Made by a program: the position numbers and the translations under genes
Notes under the pieces: generated by a model
Told to the model about the DNA's origin: nothing
The model's input: the letters and a program-made list of their open reading frames with translations, nothing else
Databases searched by the model: none
Part shown: piece after piece, positions 8,185 to 16,434 of the stretch
Position numbering within the stretch: position 1 is the stretch's first letter
Layout of the letters: each line of letters begins with the position of its first letter
Assembly (NCBI GenBank): GCA_011322005.1
Contig: DROE01000098.1
Location: forward strand, 1-37,879
Length of the DNA stretch: 37,879 nucleotides
Direction: 5' to 3'
From: Devosia sp.
GTDB lineage: Bacteria; Pseudomonadota; Alphaproteobacteria; Rhizobiales; Devosiaceae

Positions 8185-9708
8185 TTAAAAAGCGTTTTTT
8201 CGGTTCGAGAACAAAGAAAACGGGGTCATCAGCACGATGTAAAGATCAAACAGCGGGGTCCAGTTTTCAATATAATAGAGATCGTGATTGACCCGCTGCA
8301 TGATTTTATCCAGCGTATCGGTTTCCCCGCGCCATCCGTGTATCTGGGCCCAGCCTGTCATCCCCGGTTTTACCCGGTGGCGGGCAAAGTAACCGTCCAC
8401 CGCTTCGTGATAGAGGGTATTGGCGGCCTTGGCTTCCAGGGCGTGCGGCCGAGGTCCGACCACGGATAGCTCGCCCTTGAGCACGTTGAACAACTGGGGC
8501 AATTCGTCGATGGATGTCTTGCGGATAAAACGGCCGACCCTTGTCACGCGTGGGTCGTCTTTGGTCACCAGTTTTGAAGCCGAGGCATCATGTTGGTCGA
8601 CATACATGGAGCGGAACTTGTAGATTTCGATTAGTTCGTTGTTAAAGCCGTGGCGCTTCTGGCGGAACAGGACCGGACCCTTGCTTTCCAGCTTGATGGC
8701 GATGGCGGTAAGAACCATTATCGGCGAAAGCACAATGAGTGCGGAAAGGGCAACAACACGGTCAAACACCCATTTGTAGATGAGGTTCCAGTCGGTTATG
8801 GGCCGGTCGGCCATATCGAACATGGCAAGCTCACCAACATAGGAGTAGGCGGAGCGCGCAAAGCGCAACTGACTCATATGCGCGGAAAGACGGATATCCA
8901 CCGGCAACACCCAGAGCCGTTTGAGCATTTGCAAAACACGGCTTTCCGCCGAAAGAGGCATGGAAACAATCACCAGATCCAGTCGGGTTCGGCGGGCAAA
9001 TTCGATAAGTTCGTCAACGCTGCCCAGCTTGGGACATTCCGCAACCATCGCCGGAGAGCGATTGTCTGCGCGATCGTCGAACAATCCAACCAGTTCGACA
9101 TCATTGTCCGCACTTCTGTGAATGGCGCGGACCAGTTCTTCAGCATCGGCGCCACCTCCGACAATGACCGTACGGCGCTTGAGACGTCCGTCAACGGTCC
9201 AGCTTTGCACCAGCGAGCGCAGGGACAGACGATAAAGTACGAGCAGAATTGAACCGCTGACATACCAGGAAACCATCCATACCCGCGAAACCTGATCGGA
9301 AGCCTTGAACAGAAAAGCCACCAGTGCAATAGCCATGAAAACCAGCGACCAGGAGGCCAGAACCCGCCCGATTTGTGAGAACCCGGTGCGATAGCTGGCA
9401 ACCCGGTGAACACGGGCGATGTTGAACAGGATATTGGCCAGAACCGAAGCGCCAAGAATTGTGGGGATATAAAACGCTTCATCTCCTCCGCCCACATAGG
9501 ACCAGTAGATCGCGAACCCGAGGCTGGCAAGCAACATGAACTCAATGAGCTGGGCAATGCCAACAATCACAGCGGAGGAAAGCGTCTGCTCCACCGGACG
9601 GCTAATCACCTCCAAGGCTTCCTTGGACAACGAAACCTGTGTTCCGTCCGTATTCTCGGCGGCGGCAACATGCTCATGGACGGTTTTTTGCGGGTCAAGA
9701 CGGAACAT
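8185..9708 (-). CDS. WbaP/ExoY-type polyprenyl-phosphate hexose-1-phosphate transferase (initiating glycosyltransferase)
   Basis: 507 aa. N-terminal TM bundle plus a central Rossmann-like domain. The C-terminal bacterial sugar transferase domain carries KGPVLFRQKRHG, KFRSM and DELPQLFNVLKGELSVVGPRPH. Confidence 0.85.
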   Translation of the reverse strand: MFRLDPQKTVHEHVAAAENTDGTQVSLSKEALEVISRPVEQTLSSAVIVGIAQLIEFMLLASLGFAIYWSYVGGGDEAFYIPTILGASVLANILFNIARVHRVASYRTGFSQIGRVLASWSLVFMAIALVAFLFKASDQVSRVWMVSWYVSGSILLVLYRLSLRSLVQSWTVDGRLKRRTVIVGGGADAEELVRAIHRSADNDVELVGLFDDRADNRSPAMVAECPKLGSVDELIEFARRTRLDLVIVSMPLSAESRVLQMLKRLWVLPVDIRLSAHMSQLRFARSAYSYVGELAMFDMADRPITDWNLIYKWVFDRVVALSALIVLSPIMVLTAIAIKLESKGPVLFRQKRHGFNNELIEIYKFRSMYVDQHDASASKLVTKDDPRVTRVGRFIRKTSIDELPQLFNVLKGELSVVGPRPHALEAKAANTLYHEAVDGYFARHRVKPGMTGWAQIHGWRGETDTLDKIMQRVNHDLYYIENWTPLFDLYIVLMTPFSLFSNRKNAF

Positions 9709-9806
9709 GGGCTAGAGTACTTCCGGTTTTGCACTTCTTTGATGCCCAGTATGCACATGAAGGAGTGAAAAGAATCTGAAGCCCCATGCGCTGGACGGGG
9801 CGGCAG

Positions 9807-10970
9807 TCACCGCTGCTCCAGCGCTTGATAATATGTGTCCTCGATTGCGTCGGTCATTCGGTCCATGGAGAAGTTGTTTTTTATCCACTCCAGACGCTGG
9901 CGCATTTCGCTGAGGGCGGAAGCAGGGTTATCAACATAATCCTGCATGGCCTTTCGCAGAGCGTCCACATCGGCGGCGGGCAACAAATGAGAAGCGGTGG
10001 GGCCGAATATCTCTTTGACACCGCCGACGTCGGTGGCAATCAGGGGCTTTTGGGCAGCGGCAGCCTCAAGCGCCACATAGGGCAGGGACTCGGCCAGTGA
10101 GGGCATAACCACGAAATGGGCACGGGCGAAAATCTCGCGGGCCGGTTGAACACCGGCCAGGGTGACACGTTTGTCCAGTCCAAGTTTTGTCATCTGGGCG
10201 CGGATGTTACCTTCTTCAGGACCGGCCCCGCCAATGAGCAAAGTTGCCGGCGTACCATCTGGACGCTTGACATCAACCAGCGCATCAAGCAGGTGGGAGA
10301 GGCCTTTTACAGCGCGCAGTTCACCGACAAAAGCAAAGTCAAATTCAACTGATGCGGGGTCCAGGGGTTCGAATTCGGCAGCATCCAGACCGTTGAGGAT
10401 GACCGGCCCCAGCTTCGGTACCGGACCGATTTGCTCGACAAAGGACTGTTTGACGAAGTCACTTTCAAAAATCATTGCATCTGTAAGCGGCAAAACAATT
10501 TTTTCGACTGTGCGCAGGGTTTTGCCTATCAGTGACTTGCGCTCGTAGTTGAGCACCCCGCCGTGGGGCGTATAGGCGGCAATGCGGCTTTTGGAACCCC
10601 AGCGGGCCAGCCTGGCGTTAAAACCACCCTTGGCACCGTGCCCGTGCAGAACGTCCACTTCATGCTGGTCTGCAATCTTGCGGATATTCCGCGTGGCGCT
10701 GATGTCATGGGGACCCAGCAGACGCGAGATGGGCATGCGGTGCACCCCAAGAACAGGAGGTGTACTAAGAGCGCGCAGTCTCTCCCCGGTCTGGGCATCG
10801 GACAGGATGCTGTCCATAATTATGCCGATCTGGTGCCCGCGAACCGAAAGAGCCTCTGTAAGGTCCATGACGTGTCGATAAAGCCCCCCCAGCGGCGCGC
10901 GCAGAACCATCAGGATGCGCAGGGGCACCCGCGACACCCCTCTCCCCCCGGTTTTTTTTTCTAGAGCCAC
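9807..10970 (-). CDS. GT4-family (GT-B fold) glycosyltransferase
   Basis: 387 aa with an N-terminal RILMVLRAPLGG and a C-terminal E-x7-E type region (PSLAESLPYVALEAAAAQKPLIATDVGG). The start is uncertain: GTG 10970 overlaps the wza stop, and the alternative GTG 10928 gives MPLRILMVL. Confidence 0.82.
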   Translation of the reverse strand: MALEKKTGGRGVSRVPLRILMVLRAPLGGLYRHVMDLTEALSVRGHQIGIIMDSILSDAQTGERLRALSTPPVLGVHRMPISRLLGPHDISATRNIRKIADQHEVDVLHGHGAKGGFNARLARWGSKSRIAAYTPHGGVLNYERKSLIGKTLRTVEKIVLPLTDAMIFESDFVKQSFVEQIGPVPKLGPVILNGLDAAEFEPLDPASVEFDFAFVGELRAVKGLSHLLDALVDVKRPDGTPATLLIGGAGPEEGNIRAQMTKLGLDKRVTLAGVQPAREIFARAHFVVMPSLAESLPYVALEAAAAQKPLIATDVGGVKEIFGPTASHLLPAADVDALRKAMQDYVDNPASALSEMRQRLEWIKNNFSMDRMTDAIEDTYYQALEQR

Positions 10971-11515
10971 CGGTCAAGAACAACGATTGTGTCGCCGGGC
11001 TGTATGGGGAAATCCAGAGACACGGTGGCCTTGACCATTTCCCCGTTCACCGGACGATAGATGATAACGCTGGTGCGGTTGGCGGTATCGGTATATCCCC
11101 CGGCGGTGGAAATTGCCGCTCTGACGGTCATTGCCGCCTGATAGGAATACTGCCCGCTGGCGGCTACCTCGCCCTGTATGAAGAAGGGACGGTACTGGGA
11201 AATCTCAAGGGCAACATTGGGGTTGCGCATGAAGCCATTGGCCAGCGCGGCGGTTATTCTGGCCGCGGCGGCTTGGGTTGTAATGCCGCGCACGGGTATG
11301 GGGCCAACCAGCGGAAAGGAAATGGTGCCGTTATCCTCCACCCGGTAAAGGTCGGAGAGTTCAGCATCTCCATAAACGTTGATGCGTACCACATCGCCGG
11401 TGTCGAGCCTGTAGGGGCCGCTGGTTTCAACCAGATAGGTTGCCGGTCCCGGCGTGACGGCACAGGCTCCCAGCGGAGCAACAAGAACCAGAATCAGCAG
11501 TCGTAGCCAACGCAT
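10961..11515 (-). CDS. short Wza-type outer-membrane polysaccharide export lipoprotein (Poly_export + SLBB)
   Basis: ORF 10961..11593 trimmed to the Met at 11515. This gives MRWLRLLILVLVAPLGAC (lipobox LGAC), then YRLDTGDVVRINVYG and a C-terminal SLBB-like segment (PIQPGDTIVV). Confidence 0.8.
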   Translation of the reverse strand: MRWLRLLILVLVAPLGACAVTPGPATYLVETSGPYRLDTGDVVRINVYGDAELSDLYRVEDNGTISFPLVGPIPVRGITTQAAAARITAALANGFMRNPNVALEISQYRPFFIQGEVAASGQYSYQAAMTVRAAISTAGGYTDTANRTSVIIYRPVNGEMVKATVSLDFPIQPGDTIVVLDRWL

Positions 11516-11741
11516 GAAAAAACCCGAACCATGTTGGCGTTGTTCAATTGATGAACCGGTGCCCGGCCACCCTGAAAACGCTCCCGTTGGCACAACGCTT
11601 TACGATTTAGGTTAATTTTCCCCTTATATTTTGTTGTGCACACGCTGAATTTACTGCGAAAATCACAACGCCGACGCCGTTCTTAACGGATTGCTTACCA
11701 CGTTTGTTTAGCTGTTGGCTAACGAGTTCCAGGGAAACAAA

Positions 11742-13826
11742 ATGGCTTTCACCGACGCAGATATGGACGGTGCGCAAATTGATATGAAGGCTGTGCTGGG
11801 CGCTGTCTGGCGCCATCGCGTGCGCATTGCGCTGGTCACGCTTTTGCTGTGCGTGCTCACCTATGTGTTGCTGAGTTTCGTCCCCAAGACCTACGAAGCC
11901 TCGGCTTCCTTGCTGGTTGAGCCCAGGAGCAACATTTTCTTGCGCGCGGCAAACGATACCGGGAATGGTGCGACCGGCATAGCGGACAGTGTTTTGATGT
12001 CCTCGCAGGTGGAGCTTGTTCAGTCTTCCCAGACACTGCTCCAGGTGGTGCGTTCGGAAAACCTGGTGGAAGTCGCAGAGTTCAACGGCTCCAGGGGGTC
12101 GCCGCTCGACCCACTGCTTGCCCTGCTCGGGCGCAAATCAGACCAACGCAATCTTGAGCAGAAAGTGCTGGCCCGGCTTGCAAAGAAGGTAACGGTCATT
12201 CGTGAACGGGATTCAAGGGTGATCTCAATTCTCGTGCGCTCTGAGGATCGGGAGTTGGCGGCCCGCATTGCCAACGCGCTGGCAGAAGCGCACGTGCGTC
12301 GCCGGGCCGAGCTTTCACTCAACGACACAGTGGATGCTTCGGACTGGCTGGAAAGCGAGATTGAAAAACTGCGTGTTCGCGTGGTCGAGGCCGAATCGGC
12401 CGTGGCTGCCTTTCGTATCCAGAACGATCTGTTTGAGGGAAACAACAATACCAGCCTTGTTGACCAGCAGCTCTCAGGGATTGCCGCGCAGATCACTGCC
12501 GCCCAGGAACGGGGCAATGCGGCGCGATCACGGGCCGACCTGATTAACGGGCTGCTCAGTTCGGGTCAGCCGATTGACGGGCTTGCGGATGTTCAGAACT
12601 CGGTGGTTATCCAACGCCTTTCTGAAAATAAGGCACAGTTGCAGGGGCAGCGGGCGCAATTGCTGGCGACATTGCTGCCCGATCACCCCCAGATCCGCTC
12701 GATCACGGCACAGATCCGGGAAATTGACAAGCAAGTGCTCGCTGAGGGGCGGCGGGTCGCTGACGCCCTGCAAGCTGAAGCCCAGATTGAAGAGGCGCTC
12801 ACCACTTCACTTCAGGAGGAGTTGGCGCGCCTCAAGATATCGGCCTCTTCCGCTGCAACTTCATCGGTGAAGCTGCAGGAGCTTGAGCGCGAAGCCAAGG
12901 CACAGCGCGACTTGCTCGAAACCTATCTGGGGCGCTTCCGCGATGCCTCTGCGCGGACCGACACCGGCGCTGCACTGCCTGATGTCCGGGTGATCAGCGT
13001 TGCGCTTGCTCCCCTTTCTCCGGCTTCGCCGAAAACCGCGCTCATCTTGATTGCGATAGTCATCGTCTCCGTTTCCGTGCAGATCGGCTCCATCCTGCTT
13101 TCCGAGTTGGCTGTTGGCGCGCCGTCAGGCAGGGAACAGGGCAGGACTCCCCCCATACCCGATGGATACCTCAAGGTACCATCCACTGCTGAAGGCGCAG
13201 CAAAAGCAGTTCCTTCGCACAGGGCCCCCATACCCCCAAAAGGTCGAGCCGACTGGAGCGAAAACACCGCACTGTCTTCTGCCCGTTTGCAGGCCCTGCT
13301 GGAAGAACTGGAAAGGGGCGGGGAGACCACTCTGATTCTGGCCGCGCTTGACAGCCAGGAAGATTGCAACTCGCTGGGCCAGTATGTGCTTGAGCGCCTT
13401 ATGGAACAGGGCAGAACCGTTGCAGTGGTCGACGCACAAAGCAGGGAAATTTCAGAGCAGCCCGGCATTTCCGACCTTTCCGCCGGGCAGGCGGAGTTTG
13501 GCGAAGTTGTCTTTGGTAATGAGAATGGCGATCTGACAGAAGTTTTCTGGGGAAGACTGCCGGATATTCTTCCGCAATCCGACAGGCCCGGCACATTGGT
13601 TGAAGCGCTCGCTGATATTTGCGAAATTGTGGTCGTGTTCGCCGAAAAAGTCAGCAAGGATTCGAGCCTTCCCGTATTTTCCGGGGTTGATGCAACGCTG
13701 GTGCTGGTTGCGGAAAAAGCACCCGCCCGGGGAGAGGTGGAGGCACTATGTGCCGACGCTCATGCCTTGGGCTTCAAAAAAAGCGTGATATTGGTTGCGC
13801 CGGAACAAAAACTGCACGTCGCCTGA
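11742..13826 (+). CDS. polysaccharide co-polymerase (Wzz/GumC/ExoP-like) with a degenerate C-terminal P-loop-like domain
   Basis: ORF 11715..13826. The ATG at 11742 follows AGGGAA. An N-terminal TM is followed by the Wzz motif (PKTYEASASLLVEP), a long coiled-coil periplasmic region, a second TM (ALILIAIVIVSVSVQIGSILL), and a ~230-aa cytoplasmic tail. Confidence 0.8.
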   Translation: MAFTDADMDGAQIDMKAVLGAVWRHRVRIALVTLLLCVLTYVLLSFVPKTYEASASLLVEPRSNIFLRAANDTGNGATGIADSVLMSSQVELVQSSQTLLQVVRSENLVEVAEFNGSRGSPLDPLLALLGRKSDQRNLEQKVLARLAKKVTVIRERDSRVISILVRSEDRELAARIANALAEAHVRRRAELSLNDTVDASDWLESEIEKLRVRVVEAESAVAAFRIQNDLFEGNNNTSLVDQQLSGIAAQITAAQERGNAARSRADLINGLLSSGQPIDGLADVQNSVVIQRLSENKAQLQGQRAQLLATLLPDHPQIRSITAQIREIDKQVLAEGRRVADALQAEAQIEEALTTSLQEELARLKISASSAATSSVKLQELEREAKAQRDLLETYLGRFRDASARTDTGAALPDVRVISVALAPLSPASPKTALILIAIVIVSVSVQIGSILLSELAVGAPSGREQGRTPPIPDGYLKVPSTAEGAAKAVPSHRAPIPPKGRADWSENTALSSARLQALLEELERGGETTLILAALDSQEDCNSLGQYVLERLMEQGRTVAVVDAQSREISEQPGISDLSAGQAEFGEVVFGNENGDLTEVFWGRLPDILPQSDRPGTLVEALADICEIVVVFAEKVSKDSSLPVFSGVDATLVLVAEKAPARGEVEALCADAHALGFKKSVILVAPEQKLHVA

Positions 13827-13839
13827 AAGTTGAACTCTG

Positions 13840-14880
13840 ATGGCAAGCCTGAAATATTTTGCCTACAGAGCCGCGTTCGAAGCTCTGTGGGCCAGCCAAC
13901 TGGCCAAAATCGTGCGCGCCCTTTCCCGGTCACGCGGGGTGATATTTACGCTGCACCGGGTTTTGCCCGAGCCGCCGGCCGATTTTTCGCCCAATGCTAT
14001 CCTTCAGGTCACGCCGCAATTTCTTGAATTTGTCATCCTGCGCCTGCGCGAACTGGGGCTGGAACTGGTCGGTATCGACGAAGCCGTCCGGCGCATCCAA
14101 AGTCCCGAGGCGGAGGCAGCATTTGCCGTGCTCAGCTTTGATGATGCTTACCGCGACAATCTCACCCACGCCCTGCCGGTTTTGCGCCGCCGGAAATGTC
14201 CGTTCACTCTGTATGTTCCAAGCGGGTTTGTCGATGGCGTGGGCCAGGTCTGGTGGCAGGCGCTCGAAGATATTATCGCCCAACAGGACGCGATCGCCCT
14301 GACCGACAAAAGGGGCGAACTTCATTACCACGACACAAGATCCCTGAGCCAGAAGTACCGGCTTTATTCACGCCTTTACGCACGCATGCGGGAAAACCCT
14401 GAGCAGGAAAGGGTGAAATTTATTGCTGAACTGGGCGCACGATACGGCCTTGCGATGCAACAACATTGCCGCGAACTGATTATGGACTGGAATGAGCTTA
14501 ACACCTTCGTCAGCGAACCCCTGTGCACCATTGGTGCACACACCGTCCATCACTATGAGTTGGCAAAGCTCGACCGCGTACAAGCCAGGCAGGAGATAGA
14601 GCAGTGTGTTGGCGTGCTCAAGGCTCAGTACGGACTGAAGGTGCGCCACCTTTCCTATCCCATTGGTGCGCGCGCGTCAGCTGGCCCCCGGGAATTTGGC
14701 CTGGCCGCCGAACTGGGGATGAAAACCGGGGTGACCACCCGGCCAGGTGGACTATACTACCGGCATAAGGACAGCCTGATGTCACTGCCCCGGATATCAC
14801 TCAATGGATTTTTTCAGAAGCGCCGTTATGTGGAGGTTTTCGCCGCCGGAGCGTTGTTCTCGATGTTGCCGGCGAACTAG
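13840..14880 (+). CDS. polysaccharide deacetylase (NodB homology domain)
   Basis: 346 aa with FAVLSFDDAYRDN (the DD metal/catalytic motif) and IGAHTVHH (His motif). It starts 13 nt downstream of the PCP gene. Confidence 0.8.
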   Translation: MASLKYFAYRAAFEALWASQLAKIVRALSRSRGVIFTLHRVLPEPPADFSPNAILQVTPQFLEFVILRLRELGLELVGIDEAVRRIQSPEAEAAFAVLSFDDAYRDNLTHALPVLRRRKCPFTLYVPSGFVDGVGQVWWQALEDIIAQQDAIALTDKRGELHYHDTRSLSQKYRLYSRLYARMRENPEQERVKFIAELGARYGLAMQQHCRELIMDWNELNTFVSEPLCTIGAHTVHHYELAKLDRVQARQEIEQCVGVLKAQYGLKVRHLSYPIGARASAGPREFGLAAELGMKTGVTTRPGGLYYRHKDSLMSLPRISLNGFFQKRRYVEVFAAGALFSMLPAN

Positions 14881-14889
14881 CGCCGGAGT

Positions 14890-15144
14890 TCAGCGCAGCT
14901 TCTGCATGTCGACAAAGTCCATGTCCGTAAAATCCTGGTTGTCACCGGCCATCGACCATATGAAGCAATAGCGGCCCGTTCCCGCGCCGCTGTGAATTGA
15001 CCAGCCCGGCGAAAGCACTGCCTGTTCGTTGGCCACCACGATGTGGCGGATTTCATCCGGCTCGCCCATAAAGTGCATCACGCGGGTATTTTCGCGCATG
15101 TCGAAATAAAGATACACTTCGGAGCGACGGTCACCCTTTCTCAT
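14890..15144 (-). pseudogene. kduI: kduI (5-dehydro-4-deoxy-D-glucuronate isomerase) C-terminal remnant
   Basis: The 84-aa ORF ...[80 protein letters not shown] aligns with the last ~80 residues of the ~278-aa KduI as I recall it. The upstream frame hits a stop and shows no further similarity. Confidence 0.8.
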
Positions 15145-15265
15145 CCCGCTGATACTGGTGCTCTTCCTTCTGACTTTTGCGCCTCAATTGTCCATGTGGT
15201 TGCCCGAAACGTTATATCGCTAGCGGCGATGTTAAATCAGAGTTAAATCGGACACAGAACAGCGA

Positions 15266-16057
15266 ATGGCCAAGGAAATGTCGACAATGCGCATGACACA
15301 AAGCTTTGCTCTGGAGGGAAAGACGGCGCTGGTCACCGGCTGCAAGCGCGGGCTTGGCCGGGCCATGGCGCTGGCGCTTGCACAGGCGGGTGCAGATATA
15401 ATCGGCGTTAGCGCAACACTTGAAGAAAGCGGCAGCGCCATCGAGGATGATGTGCTGGCGCTGGGGCGAAATTTCAGCGCCTATCAGTGCGATTTTTCCG
15501 ACAAGTGCGCCCTGAGCGAATTTGTCCGTCAGGTGTTGCTCGATAATCCGGGCATCGACATTCTTCTGAACAATGCTGGCACAATCAGGCGTGCGCCCGC
15601 GTGCGAACACGGGGATGAGCTTTGGGACGAGGTAATAGAAGTCAACCTGTCCGCGCAGTTCCGGCTGACGCGGGAAGTGGGCCGGACCATGGTGGCACGA
15701 GGCTCGGGGAAGATTATATTCATCGCCTCGTTGCTCACATTTCAGGGAGGGATCAACGTTCCTGGCTACGCGGCTTCCAAAGGAGGCGTGGGCCAACTGA
15801 CCAAAGCCTTCTGCAATGAATGGGCATCCAGCGGCGTCAATGTGAACGCCATTGCCCCGGGTTATTTTGCAACCGACAACACTGATGCGCTGCGTTCCGA
15901 TCCTGTTCGCTCCAAGGCCATTCTTGAACGTATCCCCGCTGGCCGCTGGGGAAGGGAAGGAGATATGATGGGACCGGTTGTGTTCCTGGCCTCCCCGGCC
16001 TCAGACTATGTGCACGGGGCGGTATTGAGCGTTGATGGCGGCTGGATGGCGCGCTGA
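15266..16057 (+). CDS. kduD: 2-dehydro-3-deoxy-D-gluconate 5-dehydrogenase (SDR)
   Basis: Near-colinear with E. coli KduD as recalled (FALEGKTALVTGCKRGLG, NNAG, YAASKGGV, NVNAIAPGY, RIPAGRWG, VDGGWMAR). The start is ambiguous among the ATGs at 15266, 15278, 15287 and 15293; 15287 has the best AGGA spacing. Confidence 0.88.
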   Translation: MAKEMSTMRMTQSFALEGKTALVTGCKRGLGRAMALALAQAGADIIGVSATLEESGSAIEDDVLALGRNFSAYQCDFSDKCALSEFVRQVLLDNPGIDILLNNAGTIRRAPACEHGDELWDEVIEVNLSAQFRLTREVGRTMVARGSGKIIFIASLLTFQGGINVPGYAASKGGVGQLTKAFCNEWASSGVNVNAIAPGYFATDNTDALRSDPVRSKAILERIPAGRWGREGDMMGPVVFLASPASDYVHGAVLSVDGGWMAR

Positions 16058-16104
16058 AAACCTGCGTTCCGCAGCGCCTGCTCATCCGGCAAGGGTTTTG
16101 AGCT

Positions 16105-16335
16105 TCAGGCCTTGGTGCTCTTGTCAGGTCGGGCCATCCACTTGATGACCATGCCCGCTGGAAGCGCCCAACCCAGCCCCGCAATAGCGAAATAGACAAG
16201 CTCCAGCCAGTTGGACAGGCCACCCAGACGCTTGTTAAACACTTCGGTATAGAGAAGCGTCGCCGCGACCGGATAGATAACCAGCAGGGCCAATAGCAAC
16301 CAGACCCCGGCAAATTTTCGTGTTCGCTGCTTCAT
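16105..16335 (-). CDS. small two-TM membrane protein (DUF2842-like)
   Basis: ORF 16105..16389 trimmed to MKQRTRKFAGVWLLLALLVIYPV.... It has two hydrophobic helices and the conserved alphaproteobacterial position divergent from ctaA. Confidence 0.65.
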   Translation of the reverse strand: MKQRTRKFAGVWLLLALLVIYPVAATLLYTEVFNKRLGGLSNWLELVYFAIAGLGWALPAGMVIKWMARPDKSTKA

Positions 16336-16434
16336 TTTCAGAACTCGGATATCATTCTTGTTGCCAAGCCGGTGCGCTCCCATTACCACTCAAACAGGTC
16401 CGTGACCTAGCATAATTTCACCGGGAGCCAAGTC

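Noticed and set aside
12923-13657. A 244-aa minus-strand ORF, plus the 12020..12517 ORF
   Set aside because: Both are Ser/Ala/Arg-rich shadow ORFs opposite the PCP gene.
5861-15265. A classical tRNA-linked genomic island with integrase and att repeats
   Set aside because: There is no integrase or recombinase ORF. By eye I found no repeat of the tRNA-Pro 3' end at the far boundary. Only the weaker rearrangement hypothesis is retained as a finding.
15212-15796. A 194-aa minus-strand ORF that could have been taken for the missing part of kduI
   Set aside because: It is antisense to kduD, has no KduI similarity, and is in a different frame from the kduI remnant.
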